Source of the DNA: a virus
Lineage: Duplodnaviria > Caudoviricetes
IMG/VR virus record: IMGVR_UViG_3300033407_000042
Location: 1-43,035 of that record
Length of the DNA stretch: 43,035 nucleotides
Direction: 5' to 3' (one strand)
Under the pieces are notes generated by a model that did not search any database, was not told the origin of the DNA, and worked only from the letters and a program-made list of their open reading frames with translations. Below, in pieces: positions 15,951 through 25,193 of the stretch (positions are counted from its first letter, which is position 1; each line of letters starts with the position of its first letter). Made by a program: the position numbers and the translations under genes.

Positions 15951-16108
15951 CCCCGCACCATCTGGGCACATTCAAATCCACCAACCTCCGCGCTGCCGAG
16001 TTCATGGAAATGCTCGCCCGCAACAACGCGACACACAGCGCGGGGAGCTTCTGGACCCTTTTCATCATCGTAGCGGCAATCACGGTATTTGCCGCGATCC
16101 AGGCTTAG
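15947..16108 (+). CDS. 53-aa protein with C-terminal TM helix
   Basis: Manual translation MTPHHLG...FWTLFIIVAAITVFAAIQA; ATGA coupling. Confidence 0.55.
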   Translation: MTPHHLGTFKSTNLRAAEFMEMLARNNATHSAGSFWTLFIIVAAITVFAAIQA

Positions 16109-16118
16109 GAGAAACAAC

Positions 16119-16880
16119 ATGGGCGCTATAGTCACCAAAGAACATGACGTTATGCCGGTCGTCTCGGAGAGCGCGGCTATCTTTCAGATCATCGAAAGGG
16201 CCGCTCGCGATCCTAATGTCGACATCGATAAGATGCAACGCCTCATGGAAATGCGGGAGCGTGAAATGGCCCGTATGGCGCAGGTTGCGTTCAACGAGGC
16301 CATGAAGGCCGCACAGTCGGAAATGCCCCAAGTGGTGCGCGATGCCGACAACGACCAGACCAGATCCAAATACGCCCGCTATGAGACCATCAGCGAGGCA
16401 ATCCAGCCGGTAATCACAAAGCACGGTTTCTCGCTGACGTTTGGCGAAGGAAAGCCGGATCACCCAAACCATATTCGCGTCGTCTGCGAAGTCATGCACG
16501 AGGCCGGGCACACGAAGCACTATTACGCCGACGTGCCTTTTGACAACGTCGGGATGAAGGGCAACGCCAACAAGACGAACACTCACGCCTATGGGTCAAC
16601 CAAGAGCTACGGCAAGCGCTACCTCAAGTGCGATATCTTCGACGTTGCCGTGAAGAACGAGGATGACGACGGCAACGCTGCTGGCCGTTCGCCGCAAGAG
16701 AAGATTAACGCCGACCAGTTGGCCACACTTCGCCGCCTGATCGATGAGACGGATTCAGACATTCAAAAATTCTGCAACCTCGGAAAGATTGACGCGCTTC
16801 CCGACATGCTGGCTATCCATTTCGATAGCGCCGTTCGACTTCTTGAGCAGAAAAAAGCGAAGATGGAGGCGGCGCGATGA
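16119..16880 (+). CDS. ERF-family ssDNA annealing recombinase
   Basis: SKYA.YE.I...I.PV..KHGFS, HEAGH, YGSTKSYGKRY...F...EDDDGN. Confidence 0.85.
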   Translation: MGAIVTKEHDVMPVVSESAAIFQIIERAARDPNVDIDKMQRLMEMREREMARMAQVAFNEAMKAAQSEMPQVVRDADNDQTRSKYARYETISEAIQPVITKHGFSLTFGEGKPDHPNHIRVVCEVMHEAGHTKHYYADVPFDNVGMKGNANKTNTHAYGSTKSYGKRYLKCDIFDVAVKNEDDDGNAAGRSPQEKINADQLATLRRLIDETDSDIQKFCNLGKIDALPDMLAIHFDSAVRLLEQKKAKMEAAR

Positions 16881-17476
16881 CAGTTCTGTTTTTTGATACG
16901 GAAACGACAGGCTTCTATCAGGACAAGTTGCCAGTAGATCACCCCGAACAACCCTACATCGTTCAGCTTGCGGCTCAACTTTGTGAAGATGACGGAACGC
17001 CTGTCGCTGGATTCTCATTTATCGTGGACCCTGGGATTGGCACTGTGAGCATCCCTACTCGTGCTTCTGAAGTTCACGGTATCACAGACGAGATAGCGGC
17101 CAAACACGGGGTTTCCTCTGAGTTCGCCCTGTCAGCTTTCACGCATCTGTACCAGCGCTCTGATCTGGTTTGCGCTCACAACATAAAGTTTGACCGTGGG
17201 GTTATCGAGGCTGCGATTTCTCGTCACTACAAGAAAATTATGCCTCTCCGTAAACCGCTGTTCTGCACAATGGAAGCGGCCAGCCCGATCATCAATCTAC
17301 CGCCTACAGACCGGATGCGAGCCGTTGGGATGACATGCCCAAAACCTCCGAAACTGGAGGAATGCATCAGACATTTTTTCAATGAAAGCCTCGATGGAGC
17401 GCATGACGCCATGGTCGATGTTACCGCCTGCCGTCGCGTCTATATCCACCTTAAAACCCTTGAGGCTGCGTCATGA
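16877..17476 (+). CDS. DnaQ-like DEDDh 3'-5' exonuclease
   Basis: FDTETTG, VHGI, AHNIKFD, AHDAMVD. Confidence 0.9.
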   Translation: MTVLFFDTETTGFYQDKLPVDHPEQPYIVQLAAQLCEDDGTPVAGFSFIVDPGIGTVSIPTRASEVHGITDEIAAKHGVSSEFALSAFTHLYQRSDLVCAHNIKFDRGVIEAAISRHYKKIMPLRKPLFCTMEAASPIINLPPTDRMRAVGMTCPKPPKLEECIRHFFNESLDGAHDAMVDVTACRRVYIHLKTLEAAS

Positions 17477-18096
17477 TGCAGATTTTTACCGACATTGAAC
17501 AGGGGTCTCCTGAGTGGTTCGCTTGTCGAGCCGGGATACCGACCGCCAGCAAATTTTCCACAGTCATGGCGGGTGGAGATGGCAAGACGCGATCCAAATA
17601 CATGCGACAGCTGGCCGGGGAAATACTGACCGGGGAGCCGACGGAGTCTTTTTCAAGCACCCATATGGAGCGCGGCAAGGTCATGGAAGACGAAGCGCGA
17701 CAAACGTACGCCTTCATCACCGATGCTGAAATCCAGAAGGTTGGGTTCATCCGAAACGGAAACAAGGGCGGGAGCCCCGACAGCCTGATCGGAACGAGCG
17801 GCGGCTTGGAGATAAAGACCGCGTTGCCCGATATCCAGATCGACCGGCTTGAGCGCAACCGTCTCCCTCCCGAACACAAGGCCCAGGTTCAAGGGAACCT
17901 TTGGGTGTCGGAACGCGAATGGTGGGATTTCGTCAGCTTCTGGCCGAAGCTTCCCATTCTCACCGTCCGCGTCTACCGGGATGAGGAATACATCAAACAG
18001 CTTTCAGAAGCCGTTGACGCTTTCAACGACGAGCTTTCAAGCCTCGTTGAGCGCATCCGCACCTATCAGCCACCAAATCAGAAGGAGGCCGCATAA
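17473..18096 (+). CDS. Lambda exonuclease / YqaJ-family 5'-3' exonuclease
   Basis: QGSPEWF..R.G..TAS, MERG...E, SPDSL...[12 protein letters not shown]. Confidence 0.9.
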   Translation: MMQIFTDIEQGSPEWFACRAGIPTASKFSTVMAGGDGKTRSKYMRQLAGEILTGEPTESFSSTHMERGKVMEDEARQTYAFITDAEIQKVGFIRNGNKGGSPDSLIGTSGGLEIKTALPDIQIDRLERNRLPPEHKAQVQGNLWVSEREWWDFVSFWPKLPILTVRVYRDEEYIKQLSEAVDAFNDELSSLVERIRTYQPPNQKEAA

Positions 18097-18509
18097 TGGC
18101 CGGTTCAGTCAATCGCGTGATCCTCATCGGCAACGTCGGCGCAGATCCCGAAATCCGCCGCACTCAATCAGGAACGCCCATCGCGAACCTGCGGATTGCC
18201 ACGTCCGAAAGCTGGCGCGACAAAAACAGCGGCGAACGCAAGGAAAAGACGGATTGGCACACCGTGGTCGTGTTCTCCGAAGGTCTGGTGAAGATCATCG
18301 AGCAGTACGTCAAGAAGGGTAGCAAGCTCTACGTCGAGGGCGCGCTCCAAACTCGCAAGTGGCAGGACCAATCCGGTAACGACCGGTATTCCACCGAAGT
18401 CGTTTTGCAGGGCTACACGTGCTCCCTGACGCTTCTAGACGGCAAGCCAGACACACAGCGCGAGCCTGAGCGCCAGAGCGGCTTTGCTGACGGCGACGTG
18501 GATTTCTGA
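18096..18509 (+). CDS. ssb: Single-stranded DNA-binding protein
   Basis: [16 protein letters not shown]...[18 protein letters not shown]; acidic tail DGDVDF. Confidence 0.95.
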   Translation: MAGSVNRVILIGNVGADPEIRRTQSGTPIANLRIATSESWRDKNSGERKEKTDWHTVVVFSEGLVKIIEQYVKKGSKLYVEGALQTRKWQDQSGNDRYSTEVVLQGYTCSLTLLDGKPDTQREPERQSGFADGDVDF

Positions 18510-18511
18510 CC

Positions 18512-18928
18512 ATGGCCAAGACCGAACAGCCCCCGCTTTACATGATCCGTCGCGGTGACCGCTTGTTGCCCGAAATGGCAGCGGACCGGGAATTGCTCGA
18601 CCTGTACCCGGAAGGGGAGCGGATCAAGGTGTCCCTTCACACCGGCAGGTCACCGGCAAAGCTGCGCTGGTACTGGACCTTCCTCAACCGGATCGTCAGC
18701 GCCACCAGTTGCGCGCCGTCGAAGGAAGTCCTTCACGACGTTGTCAAGCTCCACACCGGGTTCGTTGTCCCGGTCATGGTCAAGGGCTACACGGTCGCCG
18801 TCCCGAAATCGGTCAGCTTCGCCAGTATGTCGGAGCAGGAATTTGATGCCTTCCTCAAAACCGCTATCGCGTGGATTGCCGAGACATACGACATCACGCC
18901 GGAGCAAGCATTCGGAGAAGCAGCATGA
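18512..18928 (+). CDS. NinB/DUF1367-like recombination accessory protein
   Basis: RS....RWYW, LH..VKL.TG, PKSVSFASMSEQEF..F motifs; follows ssb. Confidence 0.6.
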   Translation: MAKTEQPPLYMIRRGDRLLPEMAADRELLDLYPEGERIKVSLHTGRSPAKLRWYWTFLNRIVSATSCAPSKEVLHDVVKLHTGFVVPVMVKGYTVAVPKSVSFASMSEQEFDAFLKTAIAWIAETYDITPEQAFGEAA

Positions 18929-19146
18929 CCCTCTCCCGCCTCATCACCAAGGCCCTCAACGGCTGGCGCTCATGGCAGTCTGCAAGGGCTCTTGAAGATG
19001 CTCAACGCCGTGCAGATCGTGCCATGCCCGAATGTGTCGCGGTCCAACGGGAAATCGAGAAGAACCGTCGCAATCATCGCCCGAACAAGGAGCATCTGGA
19101 CAGGATTCGGAAGCTCCGGTTTCAGAAGCTGAGGGAGGGTGTTTGA
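18925..19146 (+). CDS. Small basic hypothetical protein
   Basis: Start trimmed to MTLSRL; coupled. Confidence 0.65.
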   Translation: MTLSRLITKALNGWRSWQSARALEDAQRRADRAMPECVAVQREIEKNRRNHRPNKEHLDRIRKLRFQKLREGV

Positions 19147-19469
19147 TGAAGCGCGTCGAGTTCTCAAAGAAGATCAGAGGGCAAGCATTCCTGCGCTGTG
19201 GCGGCAACTGCGAGAAGTGCAGAGCCAAGCTGAAGCAGGGGGAGGCGGAATTTGATCACATCATTCCGTTCTACTTCACTCAGGATTCCACGCTCGAAAA
19301 CTGCCAGGTCCTTTGCGTTCCATGCCATCGCGGCGAAGGCCAGAAGACGGCGGACGATCAGCGGGACATTTCCAAAGCGAAACGCAACTGGCTCAAACAT
19401 ACGGGCTCTTGGCCCAAGAGCAAGAATCCCATTCGAAGCGCAGGCTTCAGAAAGACGAGGCAGTCATGA
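19146..19469 (+). CDS. HNH endonuclease
   Basis: CEKC...EFDHIIP...NCQVLCVPCH. Confidence 0.88.
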   Translation: MKRVEFSKKIRGQAFLRCGGNCEKCRAKLKQGEAEFDHIIPFYFTQDSTLENCQVLCVPCHRGEGQKTADDQRDISKAKRNWLKHTGSWPKSKNPIRSAGFRKTRQS

Positions 19470-20008
19470 CCACCCACGAAGAAGCACTTGAGGCGCTCAT
19501 CACCCGCGCAGAAGAATCGGAGCGGAAAGCGGCCCACGAAAAGGCGATGAAAATCGACTTGCTGATGTCGCTTGCCGAACATACCGGCCACGATCACGGC
19601 ATCATGGCAATTCGGAGTTTGGTTGATCGAGCAGAAGCGGCCGAGGCAGAGAACGCTAGGCTGCGCAGCGCTCTAAATCTTATCTCCCACACAGTCACAA
19701 AAGACAGTCACGGGAACATAAAGGATCTCCCCGTGGCTTATTACAAGTATATTGCCCGATCCGCCCTTGCCGCACGAAAGGACCAGTCATGGGAATTTGC
19801 CCCAAGCGCGATGCAGTTTGCCCACCCGGCTGATGATGGGTGGCCCAATGGCACTATTGTGCGCAAGAAATCGGGGTCCTGGTGGGAAGGTCGCGTTGTT
19901 GGCCGCTACAGCACCGAGCAAACGCCGGACGGCTACTGCGTCCAACTGGATCGCCCGAATGGTCCCGTCCAGATCTACCCGGCAAGCGCGCTGGAGGTTT
20001 CACCATGA
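19466..20008 (+). CDS. Coiled-coil protein with C-terminal DfrB (R67 / type II DHFR) SH3-like domain
   Basis: VRKKSGSWWEGRVVGRYSTEQTPDGYCVQ...GPVQIYPASALE matches the R67 core (VRKKSGAAWQGQIVGWYCT..TPEGYAVE...GSVQIYPVAALE, recalled from memory). Confidence 0.85.
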   Translation: MTTHEEALEALITRAEESERKAAHEKAMKIDLLMSLAEHTGHDHGIMAIRSLVDRAEAAEAENARLRSALNLISHTVTKDSHGNIKDLPVAYYKYIARSALAARKDQSWEFAPSAMQFAHPADDGWPNGTIVRKKSGSWWEGRVVGRYSTEQTPDGYCVQLDRPNGPVQIYPASALEVSP

Positions 20009-20196
20009 CAACTGATAACGGAATGCGATACGCGACCGTGCGCGTTGGGTATTATCTTGATAACTCGCAAACGACACACCCTTGGCAAGACGTCCGTTCA
20101 CGCTATGGCGCTGAGAAGGCAGGCAACAAAATCGTCCGCTGGCGTCCTCTCCCCTCCCCACCATCAGCACAGGAGACAGACCATGCAGCCGAATGA
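20005..20196 (+). CDS. Small DUF551-like protein
   Basis: C-terminal WRPLPSPP; GGAGG SD. Confidence 0.55.
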   Translation: MTTDNGMRYATVRVGYYLDNSQTTHPWQDVRSRYGAEKAGNKIVRWRPLPSPPSAQETDHAAE

Positions 20197-20596
20197 ACTT
20201 CTGAATCGCGTTGCGTCGATCATTTGCGACGAAACATGCGGGCTCACATCTGAGTGCAAGAGCAGGGAAGCGGCTAAGGCTCTTTTCGACAAGGGATACC
20301 TCACCACACCAGAGGCAAAGAGCGGGGTGGTGGTGAAGCAACTTGAGTGGGTGGGCGCAAGGATTTCTACAATGTGGGAACACTTTGAGGCGCAAAGCAT
20401 CGTCGGAAGATATGAAGCGCTCGAATGGTCAGACGGCACTTTTGGGGGGACTATACCGCCAATTGACCCTGACGAACATGGAACCGAATTCACCGCACCG
20501 ACGATGGAAGATGCAAAGGCTGTCGCCCAATCCGACTTCGAGCGCCGCATTCTCTCCGCCCTAGACCATGCAGCCGGAAAGGAAGGTGGGGTGTGA
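20183..20596 (+). CDS. Hypothetical phage protein (VKQLEW...AKAVAQSDFERRILSAL)
   Basis: AGGAG SD before MQPNEL. Confidence 0.75.
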   Translation: MQPNELLNRVASIICDETCGLTSECKSREAAKALFDKGYLTTPEAKSGVVVKQLEWVGARISTMWEHFEAQSIVGRYEALEWSDGTFGGTIPPIDPDEHGTEFTAPTMEDAKAVAQSDFERRILSALDHAAGKEGGV

Positions 20597-21153
20597 GCAT
20601 AACGGCTGATCACATTCTTGACGCGCTGGTGGCAGCCAACTCTGAAAAGATTTGGGCCACAGAAGTGCCCTTTCGCGGCTCAACGACGCGCATTGATTTC
20701 TGGACTTTGGAGACGGCAGCATCAGCAGGTTTCCGAGCCACAAGTTACGAAATCAAAGTGTCGCGACAAGATTACAAGCGAGACACGGAGGAGAAGCAGG
20801 CGGGCGCTTTAAGGCATTCCGATCGGTTCTTCTATGTCACGCCGCCTGGTCTGCTCAAGAAGGCCGATATCCCAGAGTGGGGAGGGCTGATGGAGTGGAG
20901 CGGGGAGACGTGGCGTGTCATCAAGCGGGCACCGAAACTGGCGAAAGCCGAAGAGCCTGGGTGGGGACTGATCGTAGACATCATCAGGAACAGCGGCCAA
21001 TGCCGCCGCGATGTCGCGTTGCTCACCATGCGAATACAAATGGCTGAGCGCCAAGCGAGACAAAAGGCCGGAGTGCATGCCTTCGGTTATGGGTACGGTT
21101 CTCGTTTAGATCAACGGTTTCGATATCGTGCCATGAAGGAAGGTGCAGCATGA
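20593..21153 (+). CDS. MmcB-like PD-(D/E)XK nuclease
   Basis: EV...RIDF...YEIKVSRQDYKRD..K...SDRFFYVTPPGL...P.WGGL. Confidence 0.75.
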   Translation: MSITADHILDALVAANSEKIWATEVPFRGSTTRIDFWTLETAASAGFRATSYEIKVSRQDYKRDTEEKQAGALRHSDRFFYVTPPGLLKKADIPEWGGLMEWSGETWRVIKRAPKLAKAEEPGWGLIVDIIRNSGQCRRDVALLTMRIQMAERQARQKAGVHAFGYGYGSRLDQRFRYRAMKEGAA

Positions 21154-21458
21154 GCAACGAGGATATGAACTGGAAAGCCATCGACCGCGCAACCACGGAG
21201 GCGGACGAAATCACCACCCTCCGCAAAGACCTTGCTGAAGCACGGGCGGAGAATGAGCGGCTGCAGTCGGCACTGGAGAAGCTGACCAGAGACGCCGGGA
21301 AAGTCCATCGACTTGGAGCCGTGCCGGGCAACCAGTGGCCACCCTTGGCTTGCTCTCTGATTGAAGCCCGCGCCACAATGGCCGACATTCTCGCCAAACA
21401 GGCAGCCCACCCCGTCCTCCGTCCACCCACCCGCAAGGCGAAGGGAGAGACGGCATGA
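21150..21458 (+). CDS. Coiled-coil hypothetical protein
   Basis: ORF track; coupled. Confidence 0.7.
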   Translation: MSNEDMNWKAIDRATTEADEITTLRKDLAEARAENERLQSALEKLTRDAGKVHRLGAVPGNQWPPLACSLIEARATMADILAKQAAHPVLRPPTRKAKGETA

Positions 21459-21673
21459 GCAACAGGGACACCCGAAATCTGAACCCACACGCCGAAGCTC
21501 GTATAGCCATGGTGATATGGTCACACGAGTACGCATTCGAACAGCGTGGCGGATGCGTGGACTTTTGGGACAGCCTGTCGCCGTGGCAAAAGCGCCAATG
21601 CGTTGAGCTTGTCGACAGGATAATCTCATTACCACGCGCAGCTCTTGCCGCCACAGAGGGGGAGAAGACGTGA
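21455..21673 (+). CDS. Hypothetical protein
   Basis: ORF track; coupled. Confidence 0.7.
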   Translation: MSNRDTRNLNPHAEARIAMVIWSHEYAFEQRGGCVDFWDSLSPWQKRQCVELVDRIISLPRAALAATEGEKT

Positions 21674-21852
21674 CAGCGCCTGCCCTCGTCAAGCGATCCG
21701 ATATGATGCGAGCGGCGCAAGTCGCCAACGAAACAGGATGCCGCATTGAAATCAAGGTCGGAGATTCGGTTATTACCGTTATCCCCGATGTGCCGAAGAC
21801 CGCTGGAGCCAAAGGCAGGGATGGAATTGACTATTCACGCCCCGTCCTGTGA
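21670..21852 (+). CDS. Small protein upstream of the integrase, possible recombination directionality factor
   Basis: Position and size only. Confidence 0.5.
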   Translation: MTAPALVKRSDMMRAAQVANETGCRIEIKVGDSVITVIPDVPKTAGAKGRDGIDYSRPVL

Positions 21853-21862
21853 TGCTTCGGAA

Positions 21863-22954
21863 ATGCCCCGCAAGCTCCCCCTGCACGTCAACAAGCAGAA
21901 GACCCGCCATGGAAAGTGGGTCTTCTATTTCCGCGTTGGGAAAGGGCCGCGAACGCGCCTACCGAACCCGAACGATCCGACATTCAAAGCCGCATATAAA
22001 GCCGCGCTGACGGGCAACCCCATCGAAGCCCCGAAGGTGTATGAAAACACCCTGCAATGGCTCTGGGACCGCTACACGACCGAAAGCGCCAAGTGGGCCG
22101 GGTATAGCCCCGCAACGCAGAAACAGCAGCGCTTGATCATGGCTCACGTTCTGGAGAAGAACGCCAGATCCGCACTTTCCGTCTTCACGCAAGATGTCAT
22201 TCAGGAGGGTGTTGACAAGCGCCATGAGACGCCCGCCGCAGCTGCCAACTTCCTCAAGACCATGAAGGGCATGTTCGCTTGGGGAAAGAAAATGCGACTG
22301 GTCACGGCTGACCCGACGATTGGCGTTGAGCCCCCGGGATACAAGACCGATGGGTTCCCGGCATGGACCGTGGAAGATGTCATGAAATTCCGGGCCGTGC
22401 ATGCCGCCGGGACGCCGGAACGGCTGGCAATGGAAATGATGCTGCTTGTCGGCTTGCGGCGATCTGACGTGGTTCTGGTGGGCCGTCAGCATATCACCGG
22501 CCGCGTTCTGTCGATGGACACGGCCAAGACCGGAGCGCGGGTTAGCGTCGAACTGTCAGACGATATGGTCAAGCTGATCGATGCCACGCCGCGCCGGGGG
22601 CTTCATCTCATCGAGAGCGCCATAGGCAAGCCCTTCACGAAGGAAAGCTTTGGAAACTGGTTCAGGGTGAAGTGCACGGAAGCCGGGGTAACGAAATCGG
22701 CTCATGGCCTTCGCAAGCTCAGCGCAACGCTGGCGGCGGAAGGCGGGGCAGCAACGCACCAACTGCTTGCCCAATACGGCTGGACGAATATCGCGACCGC
22801 CGAAATCTACACAAAAGGGATTGACCGAAAGCGCCTTGGGATCGAGGCGAGCCGCATCGTTGCGGACCAGATCGGGAACATGGTAAGCCCTGCCCCCAAG
22901 TCGGGTGAGGGATTCAAAACGGAAAACACAACAAAATCAGTGGGCGAAAATTGA
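21863..22954 (+). CDS. int: Tyrosine integrase
   Basis: GLRRSD (R), TAKTG (K), HGLRK (HxxR), YGW, EIYTK (Y); start trimmed to MPRKLP. Confidence 0.95.
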   Translation: MPRKLPLHVNKQKTRHGKWVFYFRVGKGPRTRLPNPNDPTFKAAYKAALTGNPIEAPKVYENTLQWLWDRYTTESAKWAGYSPATQKQQRLIMAHVLEKNARSALSVFTQDVIQEGVDKRHETPAAAANFLKTMKGMFAWGKKMRLVTADPTIGVEPPGYKTDGFPAWTVEDVMKFRAVHAAGTPERLAMEMMLLVGLRRSDVVLVGRQHITGRVLSMDTAKTGARVSVELSDDMVKLIDATPRRGLHLIESAIGKPFTKESFGNWFRVKCTEAGVTKSAHGLRKLSATLAAEGGAATHQLLAQYGWTNIATAEIYTKGIDRKRLGIEASRIVADQIGNMVSPAPKSGEGFKTENTTKSVGEN

Positions 22955-22963
22955 TGTGGTGGC

Positions 22964-22979
22964 CTCTCATCGCCCACCA
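22964..22979 (+). other. attP core resembling the 3' end of a tRNA (probably tRNA-Val)
   Basis: CTCTCATCGCCCACCA directly after int, ending in ACCA; resembles alphaproteobacterial tRNA-Val 3' ends as recalled; TCTCACCT/TCTCGCCT arm-like repeats follow. Confidence 0.7.
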
Positions 22980-23164
22980 ATTTCTCACCTGAAATTGATC
23001 ATTCTCGCCTTGCAGGACATAGTGTCTGGCGGGTTTAGGCGGACGAAAATTCCCACACCCAGCCGCCCGAAAACGCCCTTGATTCCATTGCGACTCCTGA
23101 AACGTCGCCCGCACTTTCGGATGGCAGTGAAGGACCGAATCTGAACCGCCCAACTGGAGGCATC

Positions 23165-23281
23165 ATGAAAGCCCTGTATTATCTCGTGTGTGGATACGGA
23201 GCCGCAAGATTACTTGATCTTGCTGTTGGCCGGATTGCCATTGAAGATGGCATTGAGGCTTGGAAAAACCTCATTTTTTAA
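23165..23281 (+). CDS. 38-aa peptide next to attP (MKALYYLVCGYGAARLLDLAVGRIAIEDGIEAWKNLIF)
   Basis: GGAGG SD; manual translation. Confidence 0.55.
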   Translation: MKALYYLVCGYGAARLLDLAVGRIAIEDGIEAWKNLIF

Positions 23282-23306
23282 AGCAGCGGTGAAGGATGAT
23301 AGCGGG

Positions 23307-23633
23307 CTAATGCCAGCCGAGGAAGATCAATATCTTCTTCCAAGCCAGCGTTATCGCAGCCCCGAATGAGGCGGACATAAGGCCTATGAACATCACCACG
23401 CCGATACCGCGTTGCCGCCAGTTGTTGATTTCCGAAATCACCGGTTCGACCTTGCCCATCCTCGCTGCCAACTCGGCCAGCTTCTGATCGGATGCGCCCT
23501 GCATGCGTTCCAGGTCTTCAAGCTTTTCGTATTGGTCTTTCCGGTCTACGCGGGCGCGGTTTTGGTCTTCGATGATCAGATCCAATTTGCCTTCAAGACG
23601 GCCTATCGCCCGTTCAACATTCGATTCCGTCAT
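23307..23633 (-). CDS. DUF1515-like coiled-coil plus C-terminal TM protein (holin-associated)
   Basis: RAIGRLEGKLD...WRQRGIG plus TM helix; end of lysis cassette. Confidence 0.7.
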   Translation of the reverse strand: MTESNVERAIGRLEGKLDLIIEDQNRARVDRKDQYEKLEDLERMQGASDQKLAELAARMGKVEPVISEINNWRQRGIGVVMFIGLMSASFGAAITLAWKKILIFLGWH

Positions 23634-23878
23634 TTCACCGCGTCTCCATGCGCCTTGCACTCGTCTTTGGTCCAGACACCGCCGGAGCAAACGCCCACAA
23701 CGGTCCTGTCGATCTTGCGCTGATCCTGCGGCGTTGCCCCTCTGGCCCCGATCAGGTCAGTCCCCAACACTCGGCGAAGGCCCGTCGCATCTACCGGCCC
23801 CGAAGTTCCACAGGGCCCCAGCGTCAAGGCAACGATCATAAGCACTGCGGCTGTCGTCAGCAGATTTTCCAGCTTCAT
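23630..23878 (-). CDS. o-spanin (Rz1-like lipoprotein)
   Basis: Hydrophobic signal followed by Cys (LTLGPC); overlaps the 3' end of the i-spanin. Confidence 0.7.
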   Translation of the reverse strand: MKLENLLTTAAVLMIVALTLGPCGTSGPVDATGLRRVLGTDLIGARGATPQDQRKIDRTVVGVCSGGVWTKDECKAHGDAVK

Positions 23879-24005
23879 TGTTCAATCTCTCGATTTTGGT
23901 GATGACGGATTCCGCGCCGTCTTTCCTGATTTCGATGTAGAGCCATCCGAGGGCGGCAACGATGGCAGCGGCAATGATGAGCTTCAGCCACAGGGTCAGC
24001 ATCAC
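23757..24005 (-). CDS. i-spanin (Rz-like)
   Basis: N-terminal TM, periplasmic helix with two Cys; overlapped by the lipoprotein gene. Confidence 0.7.
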   Translation of the reverse strand: MMLTLWLKLIIAAAIVAALGWLYIEIRKDGAESVITKIERLNNEAGKSADDSRSAYDRCLDAGALWNFGAGRCDGPSPSVGD

Positions 24006-24205
24006 TTCACCCAATAGTATTTGCGGGCGAGGTAATACCAGCCCTCGCTGATGGCCCCGGCGAGCACACCGGCCGCGACCTGTAGGGCCATCTGAATATC
24101 GGGATCATTGGAAAGCTCGACGCCGGAATCTGGGTCAAGCAGGCCCTTGGCGACAAGGACGCCGGAGCCGTAGCGGAGCAGGATTCGGATGATGACTGAC
24201 GACAT
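24002..24205 (-). CDS. Holin candidate
   Basis: 67 aa, two hydrophobic segments, basic C-terminus, follows the endolysin. Confidence 0.65.
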   Translation of the reverse strand: MSSVIIRILLRYGSGVLVAKGLLDPDSGVELSNDPDIQMALQVAAGVLAGAISEGWYYLARKYYWVK

Positions 24206-24210
24206 AGTTC

Positions 24211-25011
24211 TTACCTCGTGAATATCTTGAGGATTGCTGCGATGAGAGCGGAAATGCCGGATTTGGCCGGAGCGGGCTTGGCGATGGGTTTCCCCCAGTC
24301 AGGGTTGGCCGGGAACTGATCGATAACTGGCTCTGGAATGGTCGGGCGCGGCTGTGGTGCCTGTCCGACATAGGCGGCGTCCCTGAGTGCCTTTTCGAAC
24401 GCCTTGGCATAGAGGGCGATCTGTGCGGCCTTGTCGGTCCCGTTGACAATCCGGCGGGCGTTGTAATAGTCAGCCTTCCCGTTAGCGATGTAGTCGGAAA
24501 GCTTCTTGCTGGTGAAGCGGCCATTGATCATGCCGTCGAAGATGATGCGGGTGGACGTGGCGGGCTGTAGAGCCTTGTCAGGAGCGTTCTCGATGCCATA
24601 GGTGCGGTAGTTGTCGCGGCCGGTGATCTGCACCAGCCCACGGCCCCGAAATCGCCACCCGTCGCCACTGGCCTCATTCCCGTTGCCGATGCGGTTGGCA
24701 TAGGCGCGGTTTGCAATCCGCTGCGGCTGACGGGCATAGGCCCTTGCGTCGGCTTCCGAGAAGTATTTCGGGAACGTACCGCGCAGACCGGCTGCGGAGT
24801 AATTCAGGTTCTCCGCAATGGGCTGCATCTTCGCGCCAGTCTCATGGTAGGCTGATGCGAGGACATAGGCGAGTTCTTGGGTCTTGACGCCCCGGCGCTG
24901 GCCCTCGTCAAGGATCGCTTCACAGCCCTGCACCTGTGGCCCGGATAGGGATGTTCCGAAGACGCCGGACGCACGGGCGCGCACCGACGCGAAGAACGCG
25001 GCTTTGTTCAT
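24211..25011 (-). CDS. Endolysin, GH19 family
   Basis: HETG, ENLNYS, YANRIGNG...GDGWRFRGRGLVQITGRDNY. Confidence 0.92.
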   Translation of the reverse strand: MNKAAFFASVRARASGVFGTSLSGPQVQGCEAILDEGQRRGVKTQELAYVLASAYHETGAKMQPIAENLNYSAAGLRGTFPKYFSEADARAYARQPQRIANRAYANRIGNGNEASGDGWRFRGRGLVQITGRDNYRTYGIENAPDKALQPATSTRIIFDGMINGRFTSKKLSDYIANGKADYYNARRIVNGTDKAAQIALYAKAFEKALRDAAYVGQAPQPRPTIPEPVIDQFPANPDWGKPIAKPAPAKSGISALIAAILKIFTR

Positions 25012-25022
25012 ATCGAATTTCC

Positions 25023-25051
25023 TTGATTGGTTTCCGGCCCGGTGACATCAT
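25023..25051 (+). promoter_or_regulatory. Moron promoter
   Basis: TTGATT-N17-CATCAT upstream of a small antisense ORF. Confidence 0.55.
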
Positions 25052-25076
25052 CCCCCGCTAAACGAGAGGGATGGTC

Positions 25077-25193
25077 ATGGAGCGAAGCAAGTTGAAAGGG
25101 ATGGCCCAAAGCGCCGCCTATATGGCAATCGCCTTGGGAATCATCCTGTTCTTTGCCTTTCAGGACGTGGTCGGGTGCCTTATTCCGGGATAG
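25077..25193 (+). CDS. 38-aa membrane peptide, antisense moron (MERSKLKGMAQSAAYMAIALGIILFFAFQDVVGCLIPG)
   Basis: Own promoter, GAGAGGG SD, one TM helix. Confidence 0.55.
   Translation: MERSKLKGMAQSAAYMAIALGIILFFAFQDVVGCLIPG

Noticed and set aside
22964-22979. tRNA gene
   Set aside because: Only the 3' 16 nt are present; no cloverleaf upstream
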